Shown: in pieces, positions 9,393 through 18,916 of the stretch
How positions within the stretch are numbered: the stretch's first letter is position 1
How the letters are laid out: each line of letters begins with the position of its first letter
Source of the DNA: an uncultured delta proteobacterium
GTDB taxonomy: Bacteria > Myxococcota_A > UBA9160 > SMWR01
Reading direction: 5' to 3'
Assembly: GCA_963832165.1 (NCBI GenBank)
Contig: CAWHTE010000007.1
Location: forward strand, 128,001-192,000
DNA: 64,000 nucleotides
The notes under the pieces: model-generated
Told to the model about the DNA's origin: nothing
The model's database searches: none
What the model saw: only the letters and a program-made list of their open reading frames with translations
Position numbers and translations under genes: made by a program

Positions 9393-9796
9393 TCGTAGAT
9401 GATGAATTCCAGGAGATTCGCGTCGGGATCGCGTACGTAGACGGAGACTCCCTTGCCGCGCGCGCCCGGCAGCTCGACGGGCCCCGCGATGATCTCGGCG
9501 CGCGCGGCCGCGAGCGTCTCGTGCAGGCGCTCCTTGCCGCCTTCCCAGACAAAGCAGAGGTCGCCGCAGCCGGGGAGCGCGGTCGGCCCGCGCAGCGTGA
9601 AGTCCTCGCGCTGCCACAACCCGGGCGCGTGGACGTTGATCTTCTGGTTGCCGAGGTGGATCGAGAAGAACGGGACGCCGGCGGCGCGCCATTTCGCGAG
9701 GTCGGGCACCTGGAAGCCGAGCGCGCCGTAGAATGCGATCAGCTCCTCGGGCTTGTGGGTCGGCAGCGCGACGTGATCGAAGCTCACGACGGGCAA
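9389..9796 (-). CDS. VOC/glyoxalase family protein
   Basis: FDHVAL...FYGALG, DLCFVW, SVYVRDPDANLLEF; AGGAGG RBS before TTG. Confidence 0.85.
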   Translation of the reverse strand: MPVVSFDHVALPTHKPEELIAFYGALGFQVPDLAKWRAAGVPFFSIHLGNQKINVHAPGLWQREDFTLRGPTALPGCGDLCFVWEGGKERLHETLAAARAEIIAGPVELPGARGKGVSVYVRDPDANLLEFIIYD

Positions 9797-9804
9797 GGGA
9801 CCTC

Positions 9805-10272
9805 CTAGCAGGCGCCCGCGGTCTTGCGCCGCGCGCCCTTGCGCGGGGAGAGCACGGCGAATGCCCAACCCGCTCGCGTGTAGGGAACCAGGAACTGCGC
9901 CACGCGCCGCAGCGGCGCGGGCAGCGACGCGGGAACGCGCGAGCCCTCGCGGATCACGAACGCGCTCGCGTCGTGCGGGCGGCCCCGGGTCCAATACCGC
10001 GTGCGCGGCTGCGCGACCAGATTTCGCACCCAATCCGAGCGGTCGCCGCGAAACGTGGCCACGATCATGTGCCGGCCGATGCGCGTCGCCGCGAGCGGGT
10101 TGCGCCGTAGCTCGCCGCTCTTGCGGCCCACCGTCTCGAGCACGATGAACCCGCTCGGCGCGAGGCGCGGCGAGCCGAAGCCGCGTCGCACGATCGGCTC
10201 GACGACGCGGTTCAGCATCCGGAAGAACTCCACCTCGAGAGAGCGGCGACGCGCGACTGCGCGCTCAGCCAC
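9805..10272 (-). CDS. Deazaflavin (F420)-dependent nitroreductase family (DDN-like) protein
   Basis: VLETVGRKSGELRRNPL...SDWVRNLVAQP signature. Confidence 0.8.
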   Translation of the reverse strand: MAERAVARRRSLEVEFFRMLNRVVEPIVRRGFGSPRLAPSGFIVLETVGRKSGELRRNPLAATRIGRHMIVATFRGDRSDWVRNLVAQPRTRYWTRGRPHDASAFVIREGSRVPASLPAPLRRVAQFLVPYTRAGWAFAVLSPRKGARRKTAGAC

Positions 10273-10765
10273 CGCGCGCCGCCCGCAGATCGCCGCCGAA
10301 GAATACGCGCGCGCCGAGTACCGCGGGCGCGATCAGCCAGGGCAGATTGAACACCAGGTAGTAGAGCGTGTTGGGCGGCGGATGCGGACCCAGGAAGGTC
10401 TGCACGAAGTAGAAGAACATGTTGGTGACGGCGGCGCCCGCGTACACGAGACCGAGCGGCAACAGCCACGAGCGCAGCCCGACGAGGCCCACGATCACGA
10501 ACAGCAGCGCGGGCGCCGAGAAGAAACCGTCGAAGAGACACGCGGCGATCAGGTTCGGCGGCGGATCGAGGTGCGCCGGCTCTTCCGCGACTGCCCATTC
10601 ATGGAGCGATCGCAGCGGCGGCCACGGACTGTCGGGCGCCACGGGCACTCCGATGCCCTCGGGCAGGCTGAACAGGAAGCCGTAGAGCACCGAAACCGAG
10701 AAGAACAACGCCAGCGCCAGGTCGAGCGGGCGTCGGTAGATCGGCACGACGCTCGCGCGGGTCAC
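10265..10765 (-). CDS. EXPERA (EBP/TM6SF2-like) membrane protein
   Basis: Four TM segments, D/E-containing loop (EEPAHLDPP...LFDGF) and C-terminal FNLPWLIAP; GTGA overlap with the upstream gene. Confidence 0.65.
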   Translation of the reverse strand: MTRASVVPIYRRPLDLALALFFSVSVLYGFLFSLPEGIGVPVAPDSPWPPLRSLHEWAVAEEPAHLDPPPNLIAACLFDGFFSAPALLFVIVGLVGLRSWLLPLGLVYAGAAVTNMFFYFVQTFLGPHPPPNTLYYLVFNLPWLIAPAVLGARVFFGGDLRAARGG

Positions 10766-11217
10766 GGGCCGTGCTTCGAGAAGACGCGAACGCCCTGCGA
10801 TCCGAACGAGAGCACCTGATAGGTCTCGGGGTTGGGGCCCTCCATGCCGGGCGAACCGATCGGCATGCCGGGAACCGCGAGTCCCTCGACGTCGGGGCGC
10901 TCCGCGAGCAGCTTGCGCACATCGGCCGCCGGAACGTGGCCCTCCACGACGTAGCCGCCGACGAAGGCCGTGTGGCACGCCGAGAGCTCCAGCGGAATTC
11001 CGTTCTCCTGCTTGATCGGCGTGACGTCGGGCACGTCCGTGGCACGTACCTTGAATCCGTTGCCGCGCAGATGATCGATCCATTTCTCACAGCAGCCGCA
11101 GGTCGGCGACTTGTAGACGTGGACCTCGACAGGCTCGGCCGAGGCAGCCGGCGCGAGCGCGATCGGGGCCAACAGGGTCGCCGCCACCGCCATTGCCGTC
11201 GCAACGAAACGTTGCAT
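10762..11217 (-). CDS. DUF411 (CopG-like metal-binding) periplasmic protein
   Basis: Signal peptide; KSPTCGCCEKW, CHTA, EGHVP, LAVPGMPIGSPGME. Confidence 0.9.
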   Translation of the reverse strand: MQRFVATAMAVAATLLAPIALAPAASAEPVEVHVYKSPTCGCCEKWIDHLRGNGFKVRATDVPDVTPIKQENGIPLELSACHTAFVGGYVVEGHVPAADVRKLLAERPDVEGLAVPGMPIGSPGMEGPNPETYQVLSFGSQGVRVFSKHGP

Positions 11218-11297
11218 CGAATCCTCCTTGGCGAACGCCGCAGAGCCTAGCAGCGCGAACCAGGACTTGGATATCGGCGCCGCTACGCGGGCGTTCG

Positions 11298-11573
11298 CTA
11301 CGGAAGCGGCTCCTCCATCGAGCGGACGCGTCGCGGGCTCTCCGCGCTGTGATCTTCGTACTCGGCCCAGAACACGACGTCGCGCCAGTCGATCTCGGAG
11401 GCGCGCGCGAAGCGCTCGAGGTCCTCGAAATTCCCGGCCGCAAGGTAGACGATCGAGCGCAGCACGCGCGCGCTGCACTCGAGCGCCTCGACGAGGCGCA
11501 TCACCTCGAAGCTCGTCTCGCCCGGATAGTCGCGCAACAGGCGCGCTCGAACATCAGCGGGGATCTCTGCCAC
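11298..11573 (-). CDS. Small conserved hypothetical protein
   Basis: RVLRSIVYLAAG...DWRDVVFWAEY pattern; fills the gap between genes. Confidence 0.6.
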   Translation of the reverse strand: MAEIPADVRARLLRDYPGETSFEVMRLVEALECSARVLRSIVYLAAGNFEDLERFARASEIDWRDVVFWAEYEDHSAESPRRVRSMEEPLP

Positions 11574-11617
11574 CGCGGTAGATTCTACCGTCCACAGTCG
11601 AGGGAGGCGCTCGTGTG

Positions 11618-12151
11618 ATGCAGGCCCGCGCTCGATTGGAGCTGCTCTCGCGCGCCGGATGGGATCACCAGACCCCGAACCTGCTGCGCGCGGTGGCACA
11701 TCACCCACACCTGCTCGAGCCGTTTCTGGGCTTTGCCGCGGCGCTCGCGAGCCGCGGCGTCCTGCCGCGCCGCAGCTCCGAGCTGCTCGCGTTGCGCGCG
11801 GCCTGGAACTGCCGCAGCGAATTCGAGTGGGGCCATCACGCGCTCTACGCGCGTGCGGCGGGACTGTCCGACGCGGAGATCGCCGCCGTCGCGGTCGGCC
11901 CCGACGCGGAGAACTGGTCGGACGACGATCGCGCGCTGCTGCTGGCGGCCGATGAGCTCCACGCAGAGCACGCGATCGCGCAATCCACGTGGGACGCGCT
12001 CGCGGCGCGCTGGAACGAGGGGCAGCTCGTGGAGATCGCGTTCGTGGTGGGGCAGTACACGATGCTCTCGATGGTCGCCGGGGCGCTCGCGGTGCCGCTC
12101 GAAGAGGGCCTTCCCCGCCTACCGCGCGGCGCGAGTGCGGAGGTATCGTGA
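11618..12151 (+). CDS. Carboxymuconolactone decarboxylase (AhpD-like) family protein
   Basis: LPRRSSELLALRAAWNCRSEFEWGHH...GLSDAEI...VGQYTMLS. Confidence 0.85.
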   Translation: MQARARLELLSRAGWDHQTPNLLRAVAHHPHLLEPFLGFAAALASRGVLPRRSSELLALRAAWNCRSEFEWGHHALYARAAGLSDAEIAAVAVGPDAENWSDDDRALLLAADELHAEHAIAQSTWDALAARWNEGQLVEIAFVVGQYTMLSMVAGALAVPLEEGLPRLPRGASAEVS

Positions 12152-12165
12152 CTCGGGAGGCCGCG

Positions 12166-13173
12166 ATGGATCGGTACTTCTCCTACGCCGAGCAGTCGGG
12201 ACACTATTTCAATCGCCCGCACGAGCGGCCCGCGCCCGGTTCGATCGGCGGCACTGCGTCGTGGCGGCGCGCCGACGTGGCCGACCCCGCGATCTGGCGC
12301 ACCGTGCTCACGCGCGACCAGATCGACGAGCTGCGCCACGCCGTGGTCCACGCGCGCGGAACGGGGCGCGCACTCGGCGATCTGCGCGCGGTCGACTTTC
12401 CGCTCCCGACGCTACAGCGCGAGATCGCGCGCTGGCGCGACGAGATCCAGACCGGCCGCGGCTTCCAGGTGGTCTCGGGCGTGCCCGTGCGCGAGTGGAG
12501 CGAGCAGGATGCGAGCCTGTGCTTCTGGTGTCTCGGCCTGCACATGGGCCGGCCCGGCGCGCAGAATCCGCAGGGCGATCTGCTCGGTCACGTGCGCGAC
12601 ACAGGTGCGAATGCGCGCGACCCGTTCGTGCGTCTCTACCGCACCGCCGCGAACATCGACTATCACTGCGACGCGGCAGACGTGGTGGGTCTCTTGTGCC
12701 TGAACACGGCCAAGCGCGGCGGTGCGAGCCGGATCGTCAGCTCGGTGGCCGTGTACGACGAGCTCGTGCGCCGCCGCCCCGACCTCGTATCCCGACTCTA
12801 CGAGCCCTTCCTGCTCGACATCCGCAACGAAGATGCCTCGGGCGCGCTGCGCTATCTGCCGATCCCGCCGTGTCGGTTCGCGGGCGGGCGGCTGCGCACC
12901 TTCTACCACAGCGACTACTTCCGCTCGGTGGTGCGCCACGCCGACGTGCCCGCGTTCACGGACCGCGAGCGCGAGCTGCTCGATCTCTACGAGGCCGTCG
13001 CGAGCCAGCCCGACTTCTATCTCGACATGGAGTTCGCGCCCGGCGACATCCAGTGGCTCTCCAACCACGCGATCCTGCACGCGCGCACCGCCTACGAGGA
13101 TCACCCGGAGCCCGAGCGCAAGCGCCATCTCTTGCGGCTATGGCTCTCGATCGATCCGGCGAGCGCGGCTTAG
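12166..13173 (+). CDS. TauD/TfdA family Fe(II)/2-oxoglutarate dioxygenase
   Basis: YHCDAADVVGLLCL (HxD), NHAILHART, RHLLRLWL. Confidence 0.9.
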   Translation: MDRYFSYAEQSGHYFNRPHERPAPGSIGGTASWRRADVADPAIWRTVLTRDQIDELRHAVVHARGTGRALGDLRAVDFPLPTLQREIARWRDEIQTGRGFQVVSGVPVREWSEQDASLCFWCLGLHMGRPGAQNPQGDLLGHVRDTGANARDPFVRLYRTAANIDYHCDAADVVGLLCLNTAKRGGASRIVSSVAVYDELVRRRPDLVSRLYEPFLLDIRNEDASGALRYLPIPPCRFAGGRLRTFYHSDYFRSVVRHADVPAFTDRERELLDLYEAVASQPDFYLDMEFAPGDIQWLSNHAILHARTAYEDHPEPERKRHLLRLWLSIDPASAA

Positions 13174-13175
13174 GC

Positions 13176-14969
13176 CTACGGAGCGACGGAGAACGCGCGC
13201 AGCGAGCTGGAGTCGTTGCCCTGGCGCAGGACGGCCGTGCCGAGCCGGTCGTAGACGACACCGGTCGGGGAGAAACCGTCGTCGATCGAGACGTTCGCGA
13301 GCGCGGTCACTGCGGCCGGGATCGAGCCGAGATCCACCGCGAGCAGCTTGTCGCCGCCGCTCGTGCGGCTCGTGACGAGCAGGCGATCTGCTCCCTCGTC
13401 GATCTCGATTCCGTCGGGCTGACCGAGCTGAGTCGTGTTCGCCGCGAGGTTGGTCACGGCGCCGTTCGGCGCGATGCGCAGGATGCGCGACGTGCTCGTG
13501 CCGTTGTCGACCGCGTACAGCGTCCCTTCCGACGAGAACACGAGATCGGAGAGCCGCGAGACGGACTGGTTCAGCACGATCTCTGCGGGCGGGTTCGGGC
13601 TGACCGGATCGATTGCGAACACGCGGCCGTCCGCGGTGGTCGCGATCAGGTCTCCGCCGAACGAGCCGAAGCCCGACGGAGCGAGCTCGAGCCCCAGGAC
13701 CGCACTCGCGGAGACGCTCACGAGCAACGAGACGGTCCCGTCCGCGGCGCGCTGGTAGATGTTGCCGCTGCCGGTCGAGACGTAGATCACCTCGTCGACC
13801 CCGGTGGTCGCCGCCGGGTGCTTCGAATCGACGGCCACGCCGAGCAGGTCCTCGAGCGGCGATCCGATGGCTGATCCGAGCGACGTCACGGAGCTCCCGT
13901 CGCGCGGAATGCTGAACAGGAAGTTGCTGTCGACGGTGCCGCCCGTGCCCGGATCGTTCGCCACGAGGATGAACCCGCCGAGGCGGTCGAACTCGAGATC
14001 GCCATAGCCGACGCTGGGGCCGCCGATGATCAGCCCGAAGTTCGGATTCGCGGGATCGACGCGGGAGAGTTGAGCGCCGCGGATCGCGCGCGGGCTGGTC
14101 GCGATGAACGCGATCGTGCCGATCTGGTCGAAGCCGATCCCACTGGGCGCGTCCGGATCGAAGTGATAGGCCGCCCGCTTCGTGGGCGTGCCTCCCGCGA
14201 CCGGGACCGTGTAGAGCACGCCGTCGTGAGTCGCGTCGCCCGCATCGGCGACATAGATCTCCCCCGCTCCGCCGTCGGAGCCGATTCCGACCGGAGTGAT
14301 GAAGCCGCCCTGGAACGACGTGACCGTTCCGTCGGTGTTCACGATGTCGAGCTCGGCGTGGGTGGCGTCGATCGCGAGCAGAGTCGTGCCCGCGAACGCC
14401 AGGTCGACATAGCGATCGCCGGGATTCGCGAACGGAGTGACGGTGGGCGGGTCGTCCGTCGTGATGCGCAGCACGCCCGATGCACCCGCGGCCGCGAACA
14501 GCGACCCGCCAAAGCCGCCGTAGCCGTCGGGCGCGAAGGTGAGGCCCGTGATCGGATCGCTGCCCGTGTCCACGAACAGCTCCGAGGAGCTGCCGTCGCC
14601 GGAGATCTCCCAGATCCTGCCGGCATCATCACCCGCGAACAGGCGCGGATCGGTTCCGAAGCCCGGGAAGATCGAGAGCAGCGCGGGGTTCGCTGCGCCG
14701 CCTACCGCGAACGTCGTGACCGAGCCGTCGACGCGCGACACGCGCGTCACGTCGGACGTTCCCGTGACAGCGAAGAGATCCCCTTCCACGCGGATCGTCA
14801 CATCGCCCGATCCGCCCGATCCGCCCGGCAACACCGGCGGGAGGAAAGCCTGCGGAAACGCGGGCGTCGTCGTGACGATGGTGTTGTCGCCGCCTCCGCC
14901 GCCGCACGCGAGGCCACACGCACACGCGAGCGCGAAGGGTGCGGTGAATGCTCTCGGTCGCCAGCGCAT
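13176..14969 (-). CDS. Lipoprotein with two beta-propeller-like repeat domains
   Basis: Lipobox GLAC followed by GGGGG; repeated GLxFAPxGxGxFGGxL and PxGIxxD blades. Confidence 0.7.
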   Translation of the reverse strand: MRWRPRAFTAPFALACACGLACGGGGGDNTIVTTTPAFPQAFLPPVLPGGSGGSGDVTIRVEGDLFAVTGTSDVTRVSRVDGSVTTFAVGGAANPALLSIFPGFGTDPRLFAGDDAGRIWEISGDGSSSELFVDTGSDPITGLTFAPDGYGGFGGSLFAAAGASGVLRITTDDPPTVTPFANPGDRYVDLAFAGTTLLAIDATHAELDIVNTDGTVTSFQGGFITPVGIGSDGGAGEIYVADAGDATHDGVLYTVPVAGGTPTKRAAYHFDPDAPSGIGFDQIGTIAFIATSPRAIRGAQLSRVDPANPNFGLIIGGPSVGYGDLEFDRLGGFILVANDPGTGGTVDSNFLFSIPRDGSSVTSLGSAIGSPLEDLLGVAVDSKHPAATTGVDEVIYVSTGSGNIYQRAADGTVSLLVSVSASAVLGLELAPSGFGSFGGDLIATTADGRVFAIDPVSPNPPAEIVLNQSVSRLSDLVFSSEGTLYAVDNGTSTSRILRIAPNGAVTNLAANTTQLGQPDGIEIDEGADRLLVTSRTSGGDKLLAVDLGSIPAAVTALANVSIDDGFSPTGVVYDRLGTAVLRQGNDSSSLRAFSVAP

Positions 14970-15008
14970 GCACCCCACCCCCGTCCGCCTTCGCGGGCAG
15001 GAGCCTAG

Positions 15009-16349
15009 CTACGACGGGTCGGGAATCCAGTTGCCGTGGAAACCGAACGGCACGCGCGTGGGCAGATGGATCGTCGCGACCGGTTCCGCCGAGAAGTCGC
15101 GGGCCGCGAGGATCACCACGTCGCTGCGGTTCGTGTCCTCGTCGTGGGTGTAGGAGAGCACCCAGCCGTCGTCCTCGTCCGCGTCCGCAGTGCGCGGCAC
15201 GAAGACCGGCTCCATGAACGTGCGCGACCGCCCCTGCGCGTGCACTTCGGTGCGGCCCTCGCGCAGATCGTGCTTGAGCAGCGCCTCGAAGCGGAACCCC
15301 TCGCCGACCTGGACCGCATAGCCGTAGCGGTGTGGCTTCCCGACGAGCCGCTCGTCGAGGCGAGGAAACTCCTGGGGACGATCGTCGAGGCGCTCCTGCT
15401 TCACGGGCCCGCCGCGCGGGTCGATGATCCATCTGTCGAGCGTCGGCGGGCCGTTGCCCGCTTGATAGCGCTCGCTCGCGAACACCTGCGGCAGACGGAC
15501 CACGTCGATCACCACGCGCCCGTCGGCGTCCTCGAACGCGTTGAGCGGATGGAAGACGAAGCAAGGGTCGATCTCGCGCCAGATCACGTCGTCGGCGCCT
15601 CCCTCGCGCGGCAGCAGACCCACGCGCGCGCCGTACTCGGGCTGCCACGAGTAGGGGAGGCCGATACCCGATTCGACCGCTGCCTTGTCGAGCACGACGG
15701 GCAGATCGAGCAGTACGAAGTAGTTCCGCGTGATCGCGCAGTCGTGAATCATCGGAGAGCCGGGAACCGGCACGTCGACCGTCTTGCGCACACGCCCATC
15801 CACGCCCACGACCACGTACTGGATCCGCTCCTCTCCGACCCCGTAGACCGCTGCGTGCAGCTCGCCCGTGTCGGGATCGCGCTTGGGGTGCGCGCTGAAG
15901 CCGGCCGGAAGCGTTCCCGCGAAGTCGCTGCGCCCGATCGTCTCGAGCTCGCGGCCGAGCTCGACCGGCAGGTTGCCGCCCTCGACGATCGCGAACGTCC
16001 GGCCCGCGTGCGAGATCACGTTGGTGTTGGCGATGCCGCCGCCGAGCGAGTCCGCGCGCTGCGGGCCGGAGACGGGCGGCCACCCCTTCGCCGCGACCAC
16101 CTCGTCGTCGCGAACGAAGCGGCCGCGATACCACGCGGCGCGTCCGCCGCGCAGCTCGACACCGTGCACCATGCCGTTGCCGAGGAACCAGTGATAGTTC
16201 GCGGGGTCGGGCGCGATCGGGTTCGGCCCGATGCGCAGCAGGCGACCCTCGAGCTGTTCGGGAATGTGGCCCGTCACGCGCAGATCGATTGCGGTGTGCT
16301 CGTCGGCCACCGGAGCAAAGTTTCCCGTCAGGAAGAAGTTCTCGGTCAT
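15009..16349 (-). CDS. Carotenoid oxygenase (CCD/RPE65) family dioxygenase
   Basis: GNFAPV, RIGPNP, HWFLGNGMVH; four iron-ligand His (SAHPK, IHDC, FHPLN, FHGNW); EFPR and EPVFVP. Confidence 0.93.
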   Translation of the reverse strand: MTENFFLTGNFAPVADEHTAIDLRVTGHIPEQLEGRLLRIGPNPIAPDPANYHWFLGNGMVHGVELRGGRAAWYRGRFVRDDEVVAAKGWPPVSGPQRADSLGGGIANTNVISHAGRTFAIVEGGNLPVELGRELETIGRSDFAGTLPAGFSAHPKRDPDTGELHAAVYGVGEERIQYVVVGVDGRVRKTVDVPVPGSPMIHDCAITRNYFVLLDLPVVLDKAAVESGIGLPYSWQPEYGARVGLLPREGGADDVIWREIDPCFVFHPLNAFEDADGRVVIDVVRLPQVFASERYQAGNGPPTLDRWIIDPRGGPVKQERLDDRPQEFPRLDERLVGKPHRYGYAVQVGEGFRFEALLKHDLREGRTEVHAQGRSRTFMEPVFVPRTADADEDDGWVLSYTHDEDTNRSDVVILAARDFSAEPVATIHLPTRVPFGFHGNWIPDPS

Positions 16350-16954
16350 CGCGTGCCTCCGGGCGCTCCGTCCATCAGGAGCTCGAGCACCGTGGTGAGC
16401 GCGTCTTCGAGCGACGCGCGGGGAACCGGTCCGCTGAGAGCACCGTGCGCCCAGAGCGTCGCGAGGCCGTGCAGCGATGCCCACACCGCGCCCGCGAGCA
16501 CGCGCGTGTCGCGCTGCGGATGCCAGCCGGCGTCCTGGGCTGCGCGCACCCGGACCACGACGTTCTCGAATGCGGCGCCGGCATCGCGGCGAAAGGTGGC
16601 GTTGTCGGCGTCGAGCAGCTCGGGGCGAAACATCAGCGCAAACAGCGCGGGGTTCGCGACCGCACACTCCACGTACGCGCGCGATCCCGCGCGCAACCTC
16701 GCGAGCGGCCCGACGCCCGGCGCGAGCTGGGCCGCGGACTTCTCGATCACTTCCGACAGCATGCGGAAGCCGTGCGCCGCGACCTCGGACAGGAGCCCGG
16801 CGAAGCTCGCGAAATGGCGCAGCGGCGCACCGTGCGAGACCCCCGCGTGCCGCGCGATGCTGCGCAGCGAGAGCCCCTCCAGGCCTTCGCGCGCGAGCAG
16901 GTCGAGCGTGGTCTGGATCAGGCGATCGCGGAGAGGCTCGGAGGAGGGGTCCAT
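16346..16954 (-). CDS. TetR/AcrR family regulator (WHG-type C-terminus)
   Basis: HTH LSLRSIARHAGVSHGAPLRHF; WASLHGLATL; ATGA overlap with the oxygenase. Confidence 0.92.
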   Translation of the reverse strand: MDPSSEPLRDRLIQTTLDLLAREGLEGLSLRSIARHAGVSHGAPLRHFASFAGLLSEVAAHGFRMLSEVIEKSAAQLAPGVGPLARLRAGSRAYVECAVANPALFALMFRPELLDADNATFRRDAGAAFENVVVRVRAAQDAGWHPQRDTRVLAGAVWASLHGLATLWAHGALSGPVPRASLEDALTTVLELLMDGAPGGTR

Positions 16955-16956
16955 TC

Positions 16957-16992
16957 GTAGACATTGTCTACCATCGAGTAGACAGTGTCAAC
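16957..16992 (-). promoter_or_regulatory. Sigma70-type promoter overlapped by two 15-bp operator palindromes
   Basis: gtagaca-t-tgtctac (16957-16971, perfect) and gtagaca-g-tgtcaac (16978-16992). Minus strand reads TTGACA-17nt-GACAAT, ending 8 nt before the tetR ATG. Confidence 0.75.
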
Positions 16993-17084
16993 ATGTGAAA
17001 AATTAAATGTCACCTGGACGCAATTCAGTGCAACATATCCTCCGGGGATGCCCGCTCGCGCGGTCGCATCTTCGAGGAGGGTCC

Positions 17085-17672
17085 ATGAGATCGCTGGCCG
17101 TAACGGCCGCTCTTGTCGCTTTCGCGTTGGCGGGTTCTTCCGCGAGCGCCGAATCGTTCTCGCTGGAAGACTGCGACGCGTTCGGGTGTGAGGGCTCGAG
17201 CATCTTCCTGAACGTCGAGTCGGACGGAAGCGGGAACTGGAACGTGCTCCTGGGGATCGACACGACGAACTACACCGGCAACGCCGACGGAATCGTGCAG
17301 GCCGGATTCAAGGCGATCAACGACGCGGACGACGTCACGCTCGTGTCGTTCACCGACGGCACGTGGGCCGACCCGATTTTCGGATCCGTCAGCTCGAGCG
17401 GCCTGTGCGCGGGTCCCTCCAGCTCCGACTTCGTCTGCACGAGCGGCTACGTCAACATCGTCGACGATCCGGGGATCGACACTTGGGCGTTCTTCGTCGA
17501 GGGCGGAACGCTGATCGAGCAGTGGACGATCAAGTTCCAGTACTGCGACGAGGGCAACACGAGATGCAGAGGCCACCTGATCTCGGCGCCGAGCGTTCCC
17601 GTTCCGGAGCCCTCGGCCGCGCTCGTGTTCGCCGCGGGCTTGTTGATCGCAGCCTCGCAGCGCCGACGCTAG
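17085..17672 (+). CDS. PEP-CTERM sorting domain protein
   Basis: Signal peptide, GAGGAGG RBS, C-terminal VPEPSAALVFAAGLLIAASQRRR. Confidence 0.9.
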   Translation: MRSLAVTAALVAFALAGSSASAESFSLEDCDAFGCEGSSIFLNVESDGSGNWNVLLGIDTTNYTGNADGIVQAGFKAINDADDVTLVSFTDGTWADPIFGSVSSSGLCAGPSSSDFVCTSGYVNIVDDPGIDTWAFFVEGGTLIEQWTIKFQYCDEGNTRCRGHLISAPSVPVPEPSAALVFAAGLLIAASQRRR

Positions 17673-18833
17673 TCACGCACCATCGCGCAGCACGCTGCGC
17701 GCGATCGTGTTGAGCTGCATGAACGTGGTGCCCTCGTAGATCTGCGCGACCTTCGCGTCGCGCAGGTACTTCTCGGCCGGGCACTCCTCCGTGACCCCGA
17801 TGCCGCCATATACGTCCACGCAGCGGCTCGCGACCGATTCTGCGGTGCGGCTCGCGACGAGCTTCGCCATCGCCCCCGCGCGCGCGAGATCGCGCCCGGC
17901 CTCGCACATGCGCGCCGCGTTGTAGACGTGGAGGCGCGTCGACTCCACGTCGGTCGCGCACTCGGCGAGCAGGTGTTGCAGCGCCTGGAACTCGGCGATC
18001 CGCTTTCCGAACGCCTCGCGCTGCCCCGCATAGGCCACGGCGCCCTCGAGCGCGCCCTCGGCGAGCCCGAGCATCTGCGCGCCGATCCCGATCCGCCCTT
18101 CGTTCAGCGTCTCGATCGCGAGCTTGTAGCCCTGACCCACCTCGCCGAGCACATTCGCCGCCGGCACCTCGACGTCGTCGAGCAGCACCTCGCAGGTGCT
18201 CGATGCGCGCACGCCCAGCTTGCCCTCGCGCTTTCCGATGCGTAGGCCGCGCGTGTCGCGCTCGACGATGAATCCGGTAATGCCGCGGTAGCCCGCGTCC
18301 GGGTTCGCATTCGCGAACACGAGAAACAGCCCCGATTCGGCCGCGTTCGAGATCCACATCTTGCGGCCGTTCAGGCGCCAGCCGTCGCCGATGCGTTCCG
18401 CGCGCGTCTCGAGCGCAAACGCATCGCTGCCCGAGCGCGCCTCCGAGAGCGCGTAGGAGCCGACCGTGTCGCGCGCGAGACGGGGGAGAAAGCGCTGTTT
18501 CTGCTCCTCGCTGCCCCAGCGCAGGATCAGCTTCACGACGAGCGTGTTCTGCACGTCGACGGGAATCGCGAGCGCCGGATCTACGCGGGACACCTCTTCG
18601 ATCGCGAGGATCGTCATGAAGAACGTCGCTCCCGCGCCGCCGTAGCTCTCCGGGATCTCGATCCCCATCAAGCCGAGCTCGAACAGCTCTGCGATCAGCT
18701 CGGGCGGCTGACAGCGCTCGCGCTCCATCTCGGGCACGCGCGGCCGGATGCGCGACTCCGCGAATTCCCGCACCGTCTCGCGAAAGATCCGCTCCTCTTC
18801 GGACAGCTCGGTGATCGGGGCCGCGGTCATCAC
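17673..18833 (-). CDS. Acyl-CoA dehydrogenase (short/branched-chain type)
   Basis: YALSEARSGSDA, KMWISN, KLGVRASST, RDAKVAQIYEGT. Confidence 0.93.
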   Translation of the reverse strand: MMTAAPITELSEEERIFRETVREFAESRIRPRVPEMERERCQPPELIAELFELGLMGIEIPESYGGAGATFFMTILAIEEVSRVDPALAIPVDVQNTLVVKLILRWGSEEQKQRFLPRLARDTVGSYALSEARSGSDAFALETRAERIGDGWRLNGRKMWISNAAESGLFLVFANANPDAGYRGITGFIVERDTRGLRIGKREGKLGVRASSTCEVLLDDVEVPAANVLGEVGQGYKLAIETLNEGRIGIGAQMLGLAEGALEGAVAYAGQREAFGKRIAEFQALQHLLAECATDVESTRLHVYNAARMCEAGRDLARAGAMAKLVASRTAESVASRCVDVYGGIGVTEECPAEKYLRDAKVAQIYEGTTFMQLNTIARSVLRDGA

Positions 18834-18916
18834 TCCTCCTCCTGCGTCGGTCGTATACTAGGCCGCCTTACGCACCCGCGAATCTCGAGCTGCTGTTCAC
18901 CAAGGAGCGGAGCCCC

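Noticed and set aside
16994..17035. CRP/FNR site or sigma54 promoter upstream of the PEP-CTERM gene
   Set aside because: TGTGA...TCAC spacing is 11 rather than 6, and there is no correctly spaced GG-N10-GC.
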